A stretch of 63,847 nt of DNA, filler included, from Dugesia japonica (GCA_001938525.1; 6 parts of 6 records of this genome joined end to end with filler, not necessarily neighbours in it); one strand, 5' to 3'. Shown: positions 49,655 to 62,525, numbered from the whole stretch's first letter. Made by a program: numbers and translations. Notes: generated by a model not told the origin, from the sequence alone.

Positions 49655-50730
49655 GGTGCTCCTTTATTTAGGTATCGAGTTTCCTCGTCTTTATTTACTA
49701 ACCCTTCTATATGTCCTGCTTCTTCATCTGGTTCAATTGCATTGAAGTAATTGTATCTATTTCTATGTTGGATCCCGCTGTATCTGCTGCTGATCCTTTG
49801 GCATGTTCTCTCATTTTCTCTACATTCTGTTGATCTATGACCCGTTCTACCACACTGAAAGTATTTCCTTTTCGCGTAATTCTGTCTCATGTGACCAGGT
49901 TCTCCACAACCAAAACATTTCATTTCCTTTTTTAACGTACAATCTCTATTCAGATGTCCTGCTTTATGGCATATCCAACATTCACTTGTTTCATTCTGTG
50001 GGCAATGTGGTCTCGTGTGGCCCGGTCTATGACAACTTTAGCATTCTATTCTATCATTTACTCTGCTAATATCTTCTTGTTTCCGAACCGGAGATTTTAC
50101 CTGCTTCAGCGACCCTTTTTCCAATACATTAGAATAACTTCTCACTACATTGATATGTTCTTTCTCTTCCTCCAATTTATCTAGTAATATTAATGTATGT
50201 TAAATTCTTCCACTGTTTTTAATTTTTGCAGTATCACTTCTTCCCGTATTCTACTACTTCCACGAGCGTTTACCAGTATTTTCATCACCAGTCCCTTATT
50301 CGACAGTTTTTTTATTCAAAAATACTATCGACTAACAATTCTACTTTTTCGATAAATGTGTCAACTTTTAACTTGCCCTATCTAAAGACAATCAATTTCT
50401 ATAGTTTTTCTACAATGTCTTTATCTTTCTGAAATGCTAGTCTCAATCTTGACTGGAAGCCCAGTGTTTTTTTTCGCAGTGTTTAAATATTTATCAAACA
50501 ACTTTGAATCCAACACGCAAGTTACCAATTTTTCTTGTTCATTAGAGTTAGAAATCCTCCGAGTTCCCAAATACAGCTGTTTAATAAAGGATTCCAAGTC
50601 ATCCTTTTTTTCAATATTCTTTGGCAGTATCCGTTCGGTTATTCAATCGATATTAACCGCTGACACCATGTTATATTTATCTGGATTCATTTAAAAGGCT
50701 AAATATATATATATAACCAAATTAATTAAA
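49655..50730 (-). mobile_element. gag: Gypsy 5' fragment: LTR end, PBS and gag with four zinc knuckles
   Basis: ..TAACA|TGGTGTCAG at 50668 (Leu-tRNA-like PBS start). Knuckles CHRPGHTRPHC, CWICHKAGHLNRDC, CFGCGEPGH and FQCGRTGHRSTEC. Confidence 0.85.
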
Positions 50731-50994
50731 GATAATTTACAACTTGACAAAATTCCACAGTTTAATAATGAAAATTTAAAATAACAGATTCAAAGTTACA
50801 AATAAAAGTTACACTTAAAAAACAATGATTAAAATGTTTCAATGAAAAAAACTATTACGTAAATTTGATACAATAATCCACAACATCTGATAAACTTCTT
50901 TTGAGGAAATAATTATTATTTAATAATTTGGAGCCAATAGAAATTGAATTAATTCTGGATAAAGATTTTTAATATACTATTCAATAATCATTTC

Positions 50995-51091
50995 TCTTAT
51001 TAAGTATAGTTTGTAGTAATAAAATAAAAAATGTCTAACAATATGAATTCTGATTTGCAAAATAAATTTACAATTGAAGATTTACCTAACA
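50995..51091 (+). mobile_element. LTR 3' end (solo or 3' LTR) of the 7940-9510 Gypsy family
   Basis: Matches 7956-8052, and the match ends at CA, just before that element's TGG. Confidence 0.6.
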
Positions 51092-52881
51092 TTTGCTATT
51101 ATAATATTTTGATCATAATACACAACTCTCGCTATCATAAAGTTTTTACGTACACAATACTAACTATCACTAAGTATTAACGTAAAAACAGTACAATATT
51201 CAATTTAAAATGAATTAAATGGTAAACTCATCAGGAAAATAATAATGCTACAATGACTTTATGGGTATCAATGCAGTACTAAGTAGAAAAAATTAATAAT
51301 GACAAATAGCAATAAATATTGATAATTGTCGGAGCAGTAATTAAAACACGAAAAAAAATAATAACGACTAAATATGAGAATNAATAAAAATGAAAATATA
51401 TTGTTTTTATGAGCCATGATTACCACNTTTATTAAAATGATATGATAAATTAAATATGATATAATATTATAATAAAATATAATATAAGATTAAGAAAGAA
51501 TATTGTTAGCTCCCACTGATGCATTGATTCCAGAATAAAACATATGCGTGGAATTAAGGATTGGTAACTTTTTCATTTTACGCTCATTAGTATTGATCAT
51601 AGCAAAAAATGCCTTGGTTTTGGAAGGCTATGGCGATGAGTCTGATAACATCGCAATTAAAGCAGTTGAAATAGCTTTTAACAACTGTGAAAAAAANTTG
51701 GGGAGATGTTAGGTGTTAGAGTAAAGATGAAAGTGCGCGCAGAAAGAGAAAAAATACAAATAAATTGTTAAAAAATGATTGAAAATAACAATTAAGAATA
51801 TGGAAATGATAAAGATAATGTTATTATTTTGACCAATTACATTATTTTAGTGCTCAGCAAACCACACATTTTCGGGCATAGACCCATGTGATAATTATGG
51901 TCTTATGGAGCTGTGTAAGCCACTGGGTCACGGAAAATCTGGATCAAGGTCAGGTAGGATCTCCTGGTGGACTGATCCTGTGGACGTTCGTAGTCTTTAG
52001 TGTCTCGATAGGAAGATTGGGTGCGACTGGTATAGATTTGTTTCACCTTGTTCGAGTGTGTTGTTCTCCAATCCAGTAAAATGACGTTGAGTTATAAGCA
52101 GTTAACGAGCATTGTATCATATTTAATGTATAAAATAATACATATTAATTATATATCGGAATAAAANNNNNNNNNNNNNNNNNNNNNNNNNNNNNNNNNN
52201 NNNNNNNNNNNNNNNNNAAAGAATCTGATAAAAAATAAAGTGATAACTAAATGAAATTATTAAAATGGATTGGAATGGCTAAAGCGGGTAAACAGTTATT
52301 AATTAATTATTCATATATATTTAATGGGGTAAAATGCCAGCGTTCGAAATAAAAGAATAATGCTCTCACAGATAGACATTAAAATCAATACATTTTTCAG
52401 AGCAACACAAACACAAATTCACCGAAAACTAACAAATTCGTCAACAGCATAATCTTAATACATTGTAAATCAATTTACAACGGGTTCTAAACCAGATAGA
52501 CGAATTATCCGATCACAAAGTAAATCCAGATCCAAATTATTTGATGATTAAGAATTTGACCAAGCTTTCAAAGGTAGGGTTACTTATATAAATAAAAAGA
52601 AAACCAACGAAAAATAGAAAACCCATCAACTTTCAATATCAAAATCCAAAAAGGGACATCCGTTTCTATTGAAAATTTACCAAATCCTTCCAAAGATTTA
52701 GTTAATTTAACAACAGTACTATCAAAAGCAAAGAAAATCATCAACCTTTGATAAAGAGAGTCAGGAAATATCTCTCTCTACTGAAGATTTAATAATTCTC
52801 TCGGAATATTCAAACCATACAACTACAACAAACAGTAACAGCACTATTCCTAATAAAACAGGTATAGAAACAGCAGTAAAA

Positions 52882-53790
52882 ATGATATCAAGTCAAGAAA
52901 AATCGTCGGGACACTTTAAAATGAATTTCACTGACGAAAATTTCAGTGNTGATCCTGAGAAACTACCAGAATTTTTAATAATAATTTATGACGTATACTC
53001 AAAGGTTAATAATTTGACAGAAACCGAAAATATCTCCAGATTAATATCATGTATGACTGGAGCAGCTAAAAGATAATATCTCGATAAAAACAAACAACTA
53101 ATCAAATTGCCAAGCTTATGGGATAGAGCCAAAAAAATTCTCACTGATAATTTCACCAGCCAAAGAACAATAGGCCAAGAATTTAAAATATTTGCAAGTC
53201 GACTACAAAACAAAGATGAATCATATCCCACCTATGCTAGTGAACTCAAATGACTTGGTAAAATAGCATACAAAGGAGAAGTATTCGATGATCATATATT
53301 TACCATCTTTATCGATGAGATACGAAACAATGAAGTCAAAAAGTAAGTAGCAATGAATAGACAAAAATCAGTTGAGGAAGCAATTGGGTTACCTATGCTA
53401 ACCAAACTAGTCTGCAAGCGATCAGAATGAATCTTTGCCGTAGAGGAAGAAAAAAACAGCACTTAAAAATAGAACAATTTATAGCTAGAACATAAGCATT
53501 AATGAAACCATTCACATCTAGACAAGACAGAAATAATAACATGCAATCTAATTTTCGACGAAATAATAAAAAGAAAGCAATAGAAATAAGTTTAAAACAT
53601 GTAATGCAAGAGAACAAAAGGGTAACTGGGTGACCAAAATTCTAATTTCAGGAGATTCCACAACACAGAACAATATACTGCAACTATTTCGGAAAGAATG
53701 GACACTTGAAAAGAGATTGTTTCAAAGAAACAAGTGTTATTATTGCAACTAAATGAGTCACACCAGCCGAGATTACTTAAACAGTAGAGG
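52882..53790 (+). pseudogene. gag: Gag of giant Gypsy element
   Basis: LISCMTGAAKR, major homology region RLQNKDESYPTYASELK*LGKIAY, knuckles CNYFGKNGHLKRDC and CYYCN*MSHTSRDY. Confidence 0.85.
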
Positions 53791-53999
53791 TAGAAAATGG
53801 AACTCCTTCAGCATTTTGAATAATACAAAAGTGCAAAAGATAATGATGAAAAATTAAGACTTAAAACGACAGTTGACTGAGAATCAAAAAAATCAGCAAC
53901 CAAAAAGAATTAATATGGTCACGTAAGATAATTAAAACGCTCAGCAGTATGCTGAATGGCAAAAAGTAGCAGCTAGAGATCATCAAGCTCAACATGAGC

Positions 54000-54430
54000 C
54001 ACACAAAAACTTAATTAATATATTAAGATCGACATGCTACTATAACGAAACCAGCTTTAGTGAGATAGACGAATATTTCTGCTCAACAGAAGTAAATGTT
54101 ACGAAAGCTTCATAAGCGATTGATGAAATGAAGTTGTTACATATAAATTCTCCCGAATTAATAAAAATTAATTAAATAATAAAGGAAACATTTGGGGTAC
54201 GAGACTTTCTAAGCGTAGTATGCGAGTTACTGCGTGATGGAATTACAAAAGGCAAAGCACTGGTAACCATAGCGTTCCTATTTTACCAGGCTATATACAC
54301 ATTGTCAAAAGACAATCCAGCAAAGTTCCCAGACGAATGACAGATCCGCATGACAGGAATCATACAAAGAACGATTGAACCATGGATCCACCAACAGGGT
54401 ATTTGGTCAGCTTTCATTAAATCAGTGTCA
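54000..54430 (+). pseudogene. Bcl-2-family domain inside the retroelement
   Basis: One frame with stops at 54113, 54173 and 54338. BH1-like FLSVVCELLRDGITKGKALVTIAF, BH2-like IEPWIHQQGIWSAFIK, weak BH3-like KAS*AIDEM. Confidence 0.8.
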
Positions 54431-54491
54431 TCACAGAATTGCAATCAAAAGCACCTTACAACAAAAGTGAAAAAAGTGTTAAAAGCACTAT

Positions 54492-55510
54492 ATGTTCAGT
54501 GTCATGTTACCGATTTTAATTATGCTAGTGTTGTTAATATTACCTGGAACACATGGAATGGTTACGTTCGATTGCGATGAAATGGACTTCGAAGATAAAG
54601 TTTACTCCTTAATAAATACAGATGAGTGCCCTGGTGCGAAGCCAGTACAATTGTGGCCTATAAAAAAAAATTCGGTCTATCAAATATATCAAGAGTCAGA
54701 ATATTACCAAGCTATGGTAAAAGAGTGTAAAGTAACAGTAGCAACCTTTGTATTTAATTGTGGAAATAAGATTTGGTCATCAGTGATCGACACAGGATAA
54801 GAAAATAAACCAGTATTATTATCTAGACAACAATACAAGCAAGGATTTTCGTTTGGGAAGATAGACGTGAAAATAGGGAACACGGTAACAGCTAAATGGG
54901 ATTTGTAAGCAGTCAACAGTTAATCACAGTTCGATCAATATAACCAGTAGACGGACAATGTACAACGGGTTCATATACGATAAATGTAGTAGTAGCAAAA
55001 AATGTGGTGGTAATAAAAAATTACACAGTGGAATTATAAGAATTTAAAGCACTATTTGATGTAGATGATTTAACAATGAAAACAAAACCAGCGTGTAGAG
55101 CGTCAGACAAATCATGTAGTTTAGGAATATCAACACTGGTATACGATGTAGATCTAAAGGAATGTAAAATGACCTTTTTAAAGAAGGTAATATTTAACGA
55201 ATATCAAGGAAAGCGTTATCAAGAACGAAAAGAAAAGTTAGAATCGTTTACAGAGAGTAAAACGTCAGATAAAGCCACCGAGAATGACCACAAGGATCGA
55301 AAATGAAATGAGTGGACGCACCAATTGTATTGGTATCAGTTAGCGGGAAAGATTGAATCAGACTAATAAAAGATAAAACAATATCATAATGTGAAGGAAT
55401 TGTATATAAAACAAATAATAAAGGCGTACATATCTCAAAACAAAAGTTAGCAGGAGCACAGCATGTCAATGGAAACGAAGATATAAAGCTACACTTTTAT
55501 GTTAATAATA
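54492..55510 (+). pseudogene. env: Envelope glycoprotein N-terminal half, chuvirus G-like (class III)
   Basis: Signal-like hydrophobic stretch, then VTFDC..YSLINTDECP..YQIYQ..VKECKVTV..FNCG. Ends IVYKTNNKGV..EDIKLHFYVNN at the contig end. Confidence 0.75.
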
Positions 55511-55610
55511 NNNNNNNNNNNNNNNNNNNNNNNNNNNNNNNNNNNNNNNNNNNNTTAATTAATTAANNNNNNNNNNNNNNNNNNNNNNNNNNNNNNNNNN
55601 NNNNNNNNNN
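55511..55610. other. Artificial contig linker
   Basis: N44-TTAATTAATTAA-N44. Confidence 0.97.
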
Positions 55611-56197
55611 AACTCAATGATTTCTTGCTCAAGTGCCTCTATATATTGTTTCTGGAATTCATTTTTCTGCTGGCATTCTTGTATAATAGATTCGAACTCG
55701 AGAGACAGTTTATCGATGCCAGTGCGTACACCTTCTCTATTAGCCAAGCTGGTTAGGAGTTGGTTTTCTGTAGCTAATCGGTGTTTTTCGAATTGGGTAT
55801 TAAATAGTTCCGTTCTCAATAATTGAGTGTTTTCTTGTTCTATAGTTAGTTGAATTTCCAATTCTTTACGTTTAGGTTCTACGTTTCCGTAATAATTTTT
55901 CCATTCGCGAGCCTGTTTTATCGCATTTATTTTTGCTCGGTTTGCATCAATGTTGCTCTTGATATATTTTTGGTGGGATTTGCAGGATCGTTTTTTATTT
56001 TCTAGCTCTTGGTGCGCTCTTTTGACTTGACTTTCCAACTCACTATTATATTTTTGTAATTGTAAATTGAAGAGGGCATCTATTTTAGCTTCAAGTTTCC
56101 ACTTTAAGACCTCAGGTACAGTGGTAAGGGTTTGAGTTTGAACCTGTAATATTCGCATTTCGTTACGCAAATGATTTATCAAGTTTTCAGTGTTCAT
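55611..56197 (-). CDS. Long coiled-coil accessory protein (truncated by contig end)
   Basis: 195 open codons rich in E/Q/K/L with heptad character. Confidence 0.65.
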
Positions 56198-56288
56198 TTC
56201 TAAAATCAGATAGGGTGATTAATTTATTATAATACTATTTTGACAATTATAAGTATATATGCATTATTTACATATTTAAATTTATTTA

Positions 56289-56440
56289 TCATTGAAATTT
56301 TATCCCTAATGCCCTACGTTCAATTACCTTTGGGCACATAGGGCATTCGTTTAAATTTATCGCGCATCTATAACAAGTTTTGAAGTGCTCACATGGTAGA
56401 AATATGATCTCTATAGTCCCTTCGAGGCAAATGATACATT
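56289..56440 (-). pseudogene. C-terminal C3HC4 RING finger of IAP/MDM2 type
   Basis: CIICLEGTIEIIFLPCEHFKTCYRCAINLNECPMCPKVI, followed by a stop 10 codons later. Absent from the ORF track. Confidence 0.88.
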
Positions 56441-58876
56441 CATTATCTAATAATACCCATTCTTGTTCGTATTTTACTTGAGGTTCTACTAGTTTACGTG
56501 ATCTTTGATATAATTTGTATGGTGTGATTAACTCCGAACCTTTCTCGGTGACTGTTTTTTTTATCAGTTGCTTGATATTTTCCGACTTGTCTTTAAGATA
56601 TTATGCAGCCTGTTGTAGTGGATATGGTCCTGGTTGCCTATATTGTTTCCATCCCGCCATTTCCTGATTTATTATCGAATGTACCTCTCTATCTTGGGTA
56701 ATTGTTATGCTTCTTTGTCCTATCTCTTTCCCCTTTCTGTCCCACACGACCGTTTTGTGTTGCATATACCGCCATATCATAGTATGGTAAAGGTATTCGT
56801 TTTTGGGACATATTTTTGTTACCTGTTCTCCTGTATCTTTGGTTACCCATTTTTGTGCTTAAAGTTATTTTCTGAATAATACATTGCAAAGTTAACTTCT
56901 CGTGCGAGTTCGAATTCATTGTTCGCTTCGTAGACTAATGGATTTTTTTCGTGTTTTAACGTTATATCCCATATTTTTTCCATCTGCCACTTGTAGGTGT
57001 CAAACATCAATAATTTTCCTTCTATTGGTTCTTGACTTAGGAATTGTATGATGATTCTCCCTTTTACTTGATGCAGTTTAATCATAGTGCTTTTTTGACT
57101 TTTGATTACTGGTGTTAGAATTAATTGTCCGTAACTGTACAGTGTTTGGGTTCTCTGTTCCCTCCGGAGTCCCGTACGCCTTATTGTTTTGACGTGTATT
57201 TTTTTCTCCTTGATGAATATTCGGTGTTCTGTTAGGACTGGTTCGTTTACCTGGCATTCCTGCCCTCTGATCCCCTTTATGATCATTATTATGGTTGTCA
57301 GTATAATTTGCACACTAGGAATTCCATTCTGAGGTTTTACTTGTACTTGCTGCATTGCCGATGTTGGTAAAGAGAGCTCTACGAGAATTATTCTTGTGAT
57401 CCTGTACAGCACTAGTGACATAGACAGTCCTCTTCAGATATTTCCGATAATTCTCATTGTCCACCAAATCAATATGCCATAATCCCAACTTTTGTTGATT
57501 ACCGCCCATAACAAGAGAGATGTTTTGACTATTATTTCGACTATAATCTCCTTCTTGCTTCTTTGTAGTAACTCATTTTTTGATTTTCTTGGTTCCGTTT
57601 GATCTACCTCATCTGGCATTAATGTCGCTTTCATTTTATTTGCCTTCCCCGACATTATTCCGGCTACTTGTCTTTCTTTTTTCTCCATTTCGTCCCATTG
57701 ACTCTGAACTGTCTCTCTCTTCGATTCCCTTTGTTATTTAAGCCCTTCATGGGAATTTGCGATATTGATTGGTTTCGTTTTCTTCCAAGTTAATTTACTC
57801 TGGATAATTGGTATGGTCATGCTCCCTGGCAATTGGATCTCCAATGGTTCGTATACTCTAATCCAGTTCCATTGTACTAATGTATGGTGAAATAGATGAA
57901 TAGATGCTAACAATTCTTCGCTGTATACTTCGGTACAAGATAGACACAACTTTCTTAAGGTGGATTGCCGGAAAGGTGCTTCAATTGGTAATTGGATTTG
58001 TGACCCTTCACAATCTTTTTTGAACCCATTTTCCCGTCTTGATAAGCATGTCTTCTGGTCGTATATAGCCTTTAGAGTGATTTTTAGTATAATTTGCGTC
58101 TTCTTTATACATTGTGAACAATTTCCTAGCAGCTGAATTTCTGACAGTGGACATGTTATCTTTCTGATATGAACACAAATCTCCTATGTTCTAGGTGTTT
58201 GGATTCCTTGATATGTGATTGGATAGATTGTAGAGGCGCTCATAGCTTCTATCATAAGTGATCGGCGTATTTGGTTACCTGAATTGAAAGACAATGTTTT
58301 AGCCTTTTGCTTCATAACAATTTTTTTATTATTAACCAACGCCGCACTTTGCTGTATTTGCTGGGATTGAATATTACTCGGTGCATGTTTGATTCTACCT
58401 ATTTTACTTGTTTGTTTTAACCCCGAAAAATTTGGTGGGGTACTTATGATTGTACTACCATCCTTAGCTTTTTCTTGGTTAACGGCGTATCTAAAAACAT
58501 TCATCTTTAATACCCTAGTTATCTTTTGCAATTCTGTTTCTGTTTTTTCTGAATTTGCAGCAGGTAGGCCCGTTTCTTGTTTTACGTTTTTCTCTTTTTC
58601 CGATATTAATCCTTTCCCGTTTTCTTTAAACTCAGTTTTCACGCTGAGACTGTTTTCCTTTGACGTTGTTTCCCTTCTCCTCCATGGTCAGTGATTTATT
58701 AATGATTTCTTGAGTAACATCATGGCTTGTTGTGACCGTAATGGATAGCTGTGTGAAACACTTAATTCTATTCTTTTCGACTTCCGAGGCCGCCTTGGCC
58801 CTCTATGTTCCGTTGCAGTGGGCTCGGTGCTTGTGACCGGTGCAGCTTCTTCTGTCACTGCTGCCTTTTTGCACAA
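56440..58876 (-). pseudogene. Post-integrase polyprotein extension (basic linker, CxxC region, hydrophobic segments)
   Basis: ORFs starting at 58876, 58642, 57949, 57688 and 57421 are all in the integrase-core frame. One frameshift at about 56850 leads into the RING frame. Confidence 0.65.
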
Positions 58877-58879
58877 GTA

Positions 58880-60000
58880 GGCGTGGTAGATCTTTGGCTT
58901 CTCTAGTAGATTCCCTTTCTTTCAAACCTTGAGGTTAGTTTCCGTTACTTCGATTACTTCATAAGGTCCTTGCCATGGTCTTTTTAATTTTGATGTCGTA
59001 CCGACACAAATGTCTGGTAAATTGATTAATACCATGTCGCCCTTTTTAAAGGAGTGTTTTATTGCTGATTTATCGTGTAAATCCTTATAACTCTCCTGGT
59101 GGAATCCTACGTTCTCCTTGGCCTGTTTTCATATTTTCTGCATAGTTTCTTTGAAGTTTGCGGCGAAATCGGTTTCGTCTTGATATTGTGTTATTGGTGG
59201 TTGGAATTCCAAGTCAATAGGCATGTTACACTCTCTGCCATACATGAGACCGAACGGCGTGTATTTAGTAACAGGGTGCACACTCATTTGATATGCGAAC
59301 AGGCATAGCTGAATATGTTTATCTCAGTTATTTTGTTCCTTTTGGGCGTAACTAGATAACATATTGATCAAGGTTTTATTAAATCGTTCTGTTAGTCCAT
59401 CTGTTTGTGGGTGATAAGGTGAGGTTCGTAATTGATGGATTTTAAGGAAGTTTGATATTACTGCTAAGATGTTACTCATAAAGTTCTTCCCCTGATCCGT
59501 CAATATTTTCTTTGATGTACCATATCTGCTGAAGAATTTTAGCACCAAAATGTCTGCTATAGTGGTTGCTTTCTGATTCTTCATCGGAAATGCCTCTGGA
59601 AATTTGGACAGATAATCCATTATGGTAAGTATGCAGATATTTCCGCTTAGGGTTGGTGATAATGGTCCAACTACATCCATAGCAATGATTTCCATTGGCG
59701 CCGCTGGTACGGCAATGGGTTTTAATAACGCTTTTACTCTTTTCCTGTTCCTCTTCTGGCAGCACATATTTGGCATTTAGCAATCCATTCCTTCACAGAT
59801 TCTATGATATGTGGCCAGTAATATTTCTGTCTTAATTTGGATTCGATTTTCTTGTGAGACATATGTTCTCCTAGTACCCCATTGTGATATTGTACAAGTA
59901 GCTTATACCGTCTTGCCTTAGGGATAACTAACACGGTATTATCTCCATCCTGAGCTGTCAACCATCACTTGGTAAGTGCATACCGACCACCGTTCTTCTT
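58880..60000 (-). pseudogene. Gypsy integrase
   Basis: HNGVLGEH..KYYWP..KCQIC, IAMDVVGP, ILTDQG, RTSPYHPQTDGLTERFN and KLKRPWQGPY. Confidence 0.95.
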
Positions 60001-60149
60001 TAGGTGCTCCTTCATTTTAGGTTCACATTCTAGCTTCTCTAAGTTATAATTTTGCATATATTATGTGATGATTTTGATTTCTTCGTCTTCAGCTTGTGCT
60101 TGTTTTAGTCCATCAAAATTTTGATCTTCCGCTAGAATGAAGTATACCA

Positions 60150-60800
60150 CTTTTAGATTCCATTTACGTAATCGCACAAAAACACTACGCAAGTCATTGA
60201 GGTGCCCTTCAAAGGTTGGTGAGTAGATCAGTAGATCATCGATATAGGCCATACTTTGGCCTATATCGATATGCCGTGGGTTACGCAATTCATCATTCGT
60301 TGGAACGAGGCTGGCGCGTTAGTAAGCCCGAATGACATCCGGAAAAACTGGTATAAGTCTTTGCTTGTGGAAAAAGCCGTTTTCTCCCTATCTTCTGGTT
60401 TGATTTTTATTTGCCAATAACCGCTTCGCAAATCCAACGTGGTGAATATTTTAGCATTACACAGTAATTTCATTAATTCGTTGATATCTGGCAATGGATA
60501 CGTGTCTTTCTTAGTTTGAGCATTTAACCTTCTGTAATCGATACAGATTCGTTGTGTCCCATCCTTTTTATCTACTAACAACACTGGCGACTGCCATGGT
60601 GAACAGCTAGGTTCTATTACACCGATCTTCACTAATTTAGCTGTTTCTTTATTTGCAAATTCCTTTTTTACCACTGTCATGGCGTATGGTTTCTGTTTGC
60701 ATAGGGTTTCGTCTGTTAGTGGAATCGTATGCATTGTCGCTGTGCACCTACCCAACTCTTCATCATTCCATGCAAAGATATCTCTGAATTCTTCTTGCAG
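60150..60800 (-). pseudogene. Gypsy reverse transcriptase; RT thumb and RNase H deleted at about 60150
   Basis: SPWQSPVLLVDKKDGTQRICIDYRRLN, LDLRSGYWQI, FGLTNAPASFQR and AYIDD, then an abrupt jump to the pre-integrase linker (LKQAQAED). Confidence 0.95.
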
Positions 60801-61208
60801 TTGCAGTATCGCTTGTTTCTGTTCCTCCGATAAAGTTTCCGTTTCTACTTTAAACGTTCTGTCGATTTCTGGTTCAACGGCTACTTCTTCTATTACGTCC
60901 GGATCTGGTTCGATGGGAGTTAGTGTACCCATTCTGGAGTTTGGTTTGATCGTAATATATTTTTCCGTGAAGTTAACTAAACTCACTGATACTTCACCAC
61001 TTTTGTTGACCATGGTTATTCCTCCTGCTGTAGGTAACAAATCCGTCATATGGTTCGAAATAACAATCTCCTTCATAGGCGCTTTTGGTGCTGACTACAC
61101 AATATACTTGGCATCTGCTAGGTACCAAAATCTCTTCTGTAGTAAATACTTTGTGGTCCTTCACATGGGTATACCCCTCCAGTGACTGTAATCGTAATGT
61201 TGACAAGT

Positions 61209-61500
61209 TTAATATCCGTTTTTCATCAAGACTGGAAGAATTTCTGTTCCCAGTATACATTGTCCCATCATTTCTATTATGATCATATTATGTTTAATTT
61301 TGTTATCCTGATATTCGACTTCACAGGCTAATTCACCAAAAATTTTGAGGCTACTACCATTTGCCACATCTGCTGTAGTGTTAGTGGGTAATATGTTTCT
61401 GTATTCGGTTATCACAATTTCATCTATTGATAACAACGATATGGTTGCTCCTGTGTCCAATAGAGCTGTTATGGGTCGGCCATTTGATTTTAACCATAAT
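61209..61500 (-). pseudogene. Aspartic protease 2
   Basis: ITALLDTGATISLL, flap VANGSSLKIFG, CILGTEIL. Confidence 0.9.
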
Positions 61501-61809
61501 AGTTAGTACTGGTCCGCCGTTGAGACTTGTGCATACCACATCCGAAGGGTTATGACTGGTGTTCGATTGTGTTTTGTTTTTCCATCTTGGTTCTCGTTCT
61601 TGGAACTTTTTCTAATCGTCCCTTATCACGGTGGCTGTATTGGTGATTTTCTGACGATCTTGATTTGAATTGTTTTGTTTCTTTCGGCCAGTTGGCCGCT
61701 GTCGCCGCCGGTTGGGTGTTAGCTGATTCCATTGTTGTGGTCGTTTCCGTTGGGTTATTATTCGAGTTTTCTGATATCCTACCGGTGCATATTCCTGATC
61801 ATAATTTTC

Positions 61810-62115
61810 CCGTATCGTTAGTTTTCTCAAATCCAATATTCCTCCAGGACAGAGGCGTGACAAGAGGTCCAACCCCAATAGACAGTCGAATGTCACTTCG
61901 TTCATTATTTGTAGTTTATGTCAGAGCCGAGTTCCGTCGCTTTCTATTGCACATATTGCTTCTCCCACGGGGCAGATTTTTTCTCCAGAGGCAGTGATGA
62001 AAACTCCTTTAGTGATTGTTATTCTAAGTAGGCGATAGTCTTCTAATATTTTTTATGGACTAACGTCGTACTTGCTCCTGTATCAATAAGGGCTATTGCC
62101 CATCTTCTGTCGATT
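61810..62115 (-). pseudogene. Aspartic protease 1 (additional retropepsin)
   Basis: AIALIDTGASTTLV (DTG at 62084-62076), frameshift, flap ITASGEKICPVG, then DCLLGLDLL. Confidence 0.85.
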
Positions 62116-62525
62116 TTTTATCCTTTTCTGTAATAATTTTGCTTTCTGAGAAATCATCATACATACGGTTTGAGTCTCTAACTTATCANNNNNNNNNNNN
62201 NNNNNNNNNNNNNNNNNNNNNNNNNNNNNNNNNNNNNNTACGGTTTGAGTCTCTAACTTATCATCCTCCGTAAGTTGGTTATTTTGAGTGCGCAAGTTTT
62301 GTTCGATTACTCTTCGGTCCATAGTTGATACATTATTCTCTGTTAGTAGTGCCATATTCGGGGCTTGTGGTAGGCTTATATACGGATTATTGTACATGGG
62401 ATTTGGTGCCCATACTTGTTGAGGTGGTTGGTTCATGGGTTGCCAACCATGTTGCGGATAAGCGTTATAATACATTTGTGCTGGTGCTGGCGTGCTTTCT
62501 TCTCCTCCGAATTTTAACGCGTTTT

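Larger units (their letters stand above)
47500..49655. repeat. Inverted repeat arms (47500-47735 and 49415-49655, with weaker inner extension)
   Basis: gaaggattttattgaaaggaatacttatattaaacaagataatactcttat and its exact reverse complement at about 49558-49609. Confidence 0.8.

Noticed and set aside
55400-55700. Physical continuity between the gag-Bcl2-env segment and the pol segment
   Set aside because: They are separated by an artificial linker, lie on opposite strands, and their overlapping env parts differ in sequence.
56440-58200. BIR domain upstream of the RING
   Set aside because: No CxxC-x16-H-x6-C BIR pattern was found in the frames read.
37405-59326. Alternative genetic code or TGA read-through (TGA at Trp-like positions)
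   Set aside because: TAA and TAG stops and frameshifts are also frequent, which fits neutral decay.
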